From the NCBI GenBank assembly GCA_963674595.2, contig CAXXFV010000023.1, positions 704,001 to 768,000 on the forward strand: a DNA stretch of 64,000 bases, read 5' to 3'. Positions 61,592 through 64,000 of this stretch are shown here, piece after piece; the first letter of the stretch is position 1, and every line of letters begins with the position of its first letter. The position numbers and the translations under genes were made by a program. Under the pieces are notes generated by a model. It saw nothing but the letters and a program-made list of their open reading frames with translations, had not been told where the DNA came from and searched no databases. Source of the stretch: a bacterium (GTDB taxonomy: Bacteria; Zhuqueibacterota; Zhuqueibacteria; Residuimicrobiales; Krinioviventaceae).

Positions 61592-62728
61592 ATGAAAATA
61601 GCAGCCGTAGTGCAAAGGTACGGGGAGGATGTCATAGGCGGGGCGGAAAGCCTGGCCCGGGAAGTCTGCCAAAGGCTGTCCGGAGAACACGAGATAACAG
61701 TCCTCACCAGCTGCGCCCTGGATTACCGCACCTGGAAAAATTATTATCCGCCGGGAGAGCAGATTGAAAATGGAGTAAGAATCATTCGCTGCCCGGTCTC
61801 CAGAACCAGGCACTGGAAAGGATTCGGCTATTACAGCAGGCTCCTTTTTTTCCTGCGGGATTTTGTCACCCTGCCCCGTTTCCTGGAGCAGCACTGGATC
61901 AGGGCCCAGGGCCCATTCTGCCCGGAACTGCCGGGCAAACTGCTTTTAGAGTTCGGCAGAGCCGACCTGGTCCTCTTTTTCTCCTGCCTCTATTATCCGA
62001 CAGTGGCCGGCCTGCCTCTGGCAGCGGAGAAAGCCGTTTTAGTGCCTACAGCCCACGATGAGCCGGCTCTCAGGTTTTCCCTGTACCAGCATCTTTTCAC
62101 CCTTCCCCGGACACTGGTATTCCTTTCACCTGAGGAAAAAATATTTGTCAACAGGCAGTTCAATGTATCAGAAATTCGGCAGGAGATCGCCGGATACGGA
62201 GTGGAATTCCCAGAGGTTTCAGACACCGGGCCCGGGGATTACTTCCTCTATCTCGGACGAATTGAGCCTGGCAAAAACTGCGGGGAGATGTTCTCTTATA
62301 TCCTGGATGCCGGGCTGAAACTTAAGGCGGCTGGTCCCGCAAACATGGCCATTCCTCCAGGAATAGACTATCGAGGTATTGTCACAGAAAAGGAAAAAAA
62401 GGAACTTCTCGGTGGTGCCAGGGGTGTAATTATTCCTTCCCGCAATGAAAGCCTTTCCATAGTTGCCCTGGAAGCATGGGCCGCGGGAAAACCTGTGATT
62501 GTTTCCGCTGCCAGCCCGGTTTTGGCCGGGCAGGTCGAACGTTCCCGGGGAGGCCTCACATACGGTAATTTTGAAGAATTCGTCCAGGCTGCTGACAAAG
62601 CTGACAGCGCCATGGGGATGAAAGGCAGAGAATTTGTTTTGCATAACTATTCCTGGGATGCCGTTATGAAACAATGGAACCACATTCTGAAAAACGCCGC
62701 CGTTAGGCGGCAGCCAGGTGAAGGCTGA
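61592..62728 (+). CDS. GT4 glycosyltransferase
   Basis: VVQRYG..GGAE, PTAHDE, YLGRIE.GK, PSRNESLSIVALEAW. Confidence 0.87.
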   Translation: MKIAAVVQRYGEDVIGGAESLAREVCQRLSGEHEITVLTSCALDYRTWKNYYPPGEQIENGVRIIRCPVSRTRHWKGFGYYSRLLFFLRDFVTLPRFLEQHWIRAQGPFCPELPGKLLLEFGRADLVLFFSCLYYPTVAGLPLAAEKAVLVPTAHDEPALRFSLYQHLFTLPRTLVFLSPEEKIFVNRQFNVSEIRQEIAGYGVEFPEVSDTGPGDYFLYLGRIEPGKNCGEMFSYILDAGLKLKAAGPANMAIPPGIDYRGIVTEKEKKELLGGARGVIIPSRNESLSIVALEAWAAGKPVIVSAASPVLAGQVERSRGGLTYGNFEEFVQAADKADSAMGMKGREFVLHNYSWDAVMKQWNHILKNAAVRRQPGEG

Positions 62729-62932
62729 AAGCCTGCCATTTAATAGCCGGGGGTGACCGGAGGCTCCGCCGAAGGGAGCCCCAGGAATGAGGCAATGCCT
62801 CCGGCGGAACCCTGGAAAAAAGGATGCGATAAGTAAAAGGGAGTGCCACGGGTACGACCGAACGTAATAAAGGATTCAGTTCCATAGACACTGCCCGTCA
62901 TATTTTGTTTATTGGACGTTTTTCCTTATGGC

Positions 62933-62968
62933 TCGATTCCGATTCCGACTCCGACCCAGATTTGACTC
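62933..62968. repeat. Degenerate hexamer array
   Basis: TCGATT CCGATT CCGACT CCGACC CAGATT, the same family as 25594-25634. Confidence 0.7.
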
Positions 62969-63053
62969 TGCTTTAAGGAACTATTTCAGGATTATCAGTT
63001 ATAATGCTTTTCAGTTTTTATCTTTTGGCCAGCCACACATGGATATAAAAAAT

Positions 63054-64000
63054 ATGAATAACAAAACGCCGCATTCCGAGCCTTCAACACCTCTTTCCAA
63101 GCAGAACATCATCAAAAAGATAAAGGATAGAAAAGCCCTCGTTGGTGTCATAGGACTTGGGTACGTAGGATTGCCTTTATGCCGCGAATTTTCCCGCCAG
63201 GCGTGCCATACTCTCGGCTTTGATACTGATCCCCGGAAGATTGAGAAGCTGAAAAACGGGAAAACCTATATTGATCATATTCCTGATTCTGAAATCAGCC
63301 TGATGAATGCCGGGGGTTATTTCGATGCCACCAGCAATTTATCCAGGCTTGTCGAGCCGGATGTAATCCTGATCGCGGTACCTACTCCCCTGGATAAAAT
63401 GCGGCAGCCGGATTTGAAATTCGTAATCAACAGCTGCAGAGAGATCGCCGCAAACATGCGGCACGGACAGCTGATTGTACTGGAATCCACAACGTATCCC
63501 GGCACCACCAGGGAAGTAATGCTTCCAATCCTGGAAGAAGGTTCCGGCCTCAAGGCAGGAACAGATTTTTACCTGGCCTACAGCCCTGAAAGGGAGGATC
63601 CAGGAAGGAGTGATTACAACACCAGGACCATTCCCAAAGTCGTCGGAGGTTACGACCAGGATTCGCTTGATGTTGCGCTTGCAGCCTACAAGCTGGCCAT
63701 AGATAATCCTGTACCCGTTTCCAGTTGCGAAGCAGCTGAAGCCAGCAAAATCCTGGAAAATACTTACAGGAGCATTAATATTGCCCTGGTGAATGAACTA
63801 AAAATGCTTTTCGACCGGATGGGGATCGATATCTGGGAAGTAATAGGTGCGGCATCCACGAAGCCATTTGGATTCAAGGCGTTTTATCCCGGGCCCGGCC
63901 TGGGAGGGCACTGTATTCCCATAGACCCGTTTTACCTGAGCTGGAAGGCCAAGGAATACGGGATACCCACAAGGTTCATCGAACTGGCAGGAGAGATAAA
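63054..64000 (+). CDS. UDP-N-acetylhexosamine 6-dehydrogenase (WbpA/WecC/TviB family), 3'-partial
   Basis: Not in the ORF track because it is open at the window end. VIGLGYVGLP, AVPTP, LESTTYPGTT, SPEREDPG, KILENTYR, GPGLGGHCIPIDP. Confidence 0.9.
   Translation, partial: MNNKTPHSEPSTPLSKQNIIKKIKDRKALVGVIGLGYVGLPLCREFSRQACHTLGFDTDPRKIEKLKNGKTYIDHIPDSEISLMNAGGYFDATSNLSRLVEPDVILIAVPTPLDKMRQPDLKFVINSCREIAANMRHGQLIVLESTTYPGTTREVMLPILEEGSGLKAGTDFYLAYSPEREDPGRSDYNTRTIPKVVGGYDQDSLDVALAAYKLAIDNPVPVSSCEAAEASKILENTYRSINIALVNELKMLFDRMGIDIWEVIGAASTKPFGFKAFYPGPGLGGHCIPIDPFYLSWKAKEYGIPTRFIELAGEI

Overview
The window looks like two unrelated genomic pieces joined directly at about 24,689. The left piece (1-24,689, AT-richer) is a flagellar filament locus: flgK, flgL, fliW and csrA, then a ~14.7 kb TPR-rich glycosylation island, then a sigma28-driven fliC with CsrA sites, fliS, fliD, flaG, an flgN/fliT-like gene and flgM. 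It continues with fba, gap and a tpiA cut off at the junction. The right piece (24,690-64,000, GC-richer, Acidobacteriota-like by inference) starts with a truncated Ntn hydrolase, a PEP-CTERM remnant and a 23S-5S rRNA unit that has its own sigma70 promoter and no 16S. Next come a phosphatidylcholine synthase paired with a close homolog of the animal high-affinity choline transporter CHT1/SLC5A7, nrfHA (heme-1 CxxCH variant) and several accessory enzymes. It ends with hom, topA/dprA, a namZ-CYTH-murU-amgK peptidoglycan-recycling cluster, asnS, a folD with four frameshifts and the start of a polysaccharide locus. Intergenic regions of the right piece carry many short 6/7/9-mer tandem arrays and REP-like hairpins. 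The best candidates for undescribed biology are the pcs + CHT1-like choline-to-phosphatidylcholine module, the unlinked 23S-5S unit, the flagellin glycan island and the CYTH gene inside the recycling operon. All calls come from reading motifs by eye; no searches were run.
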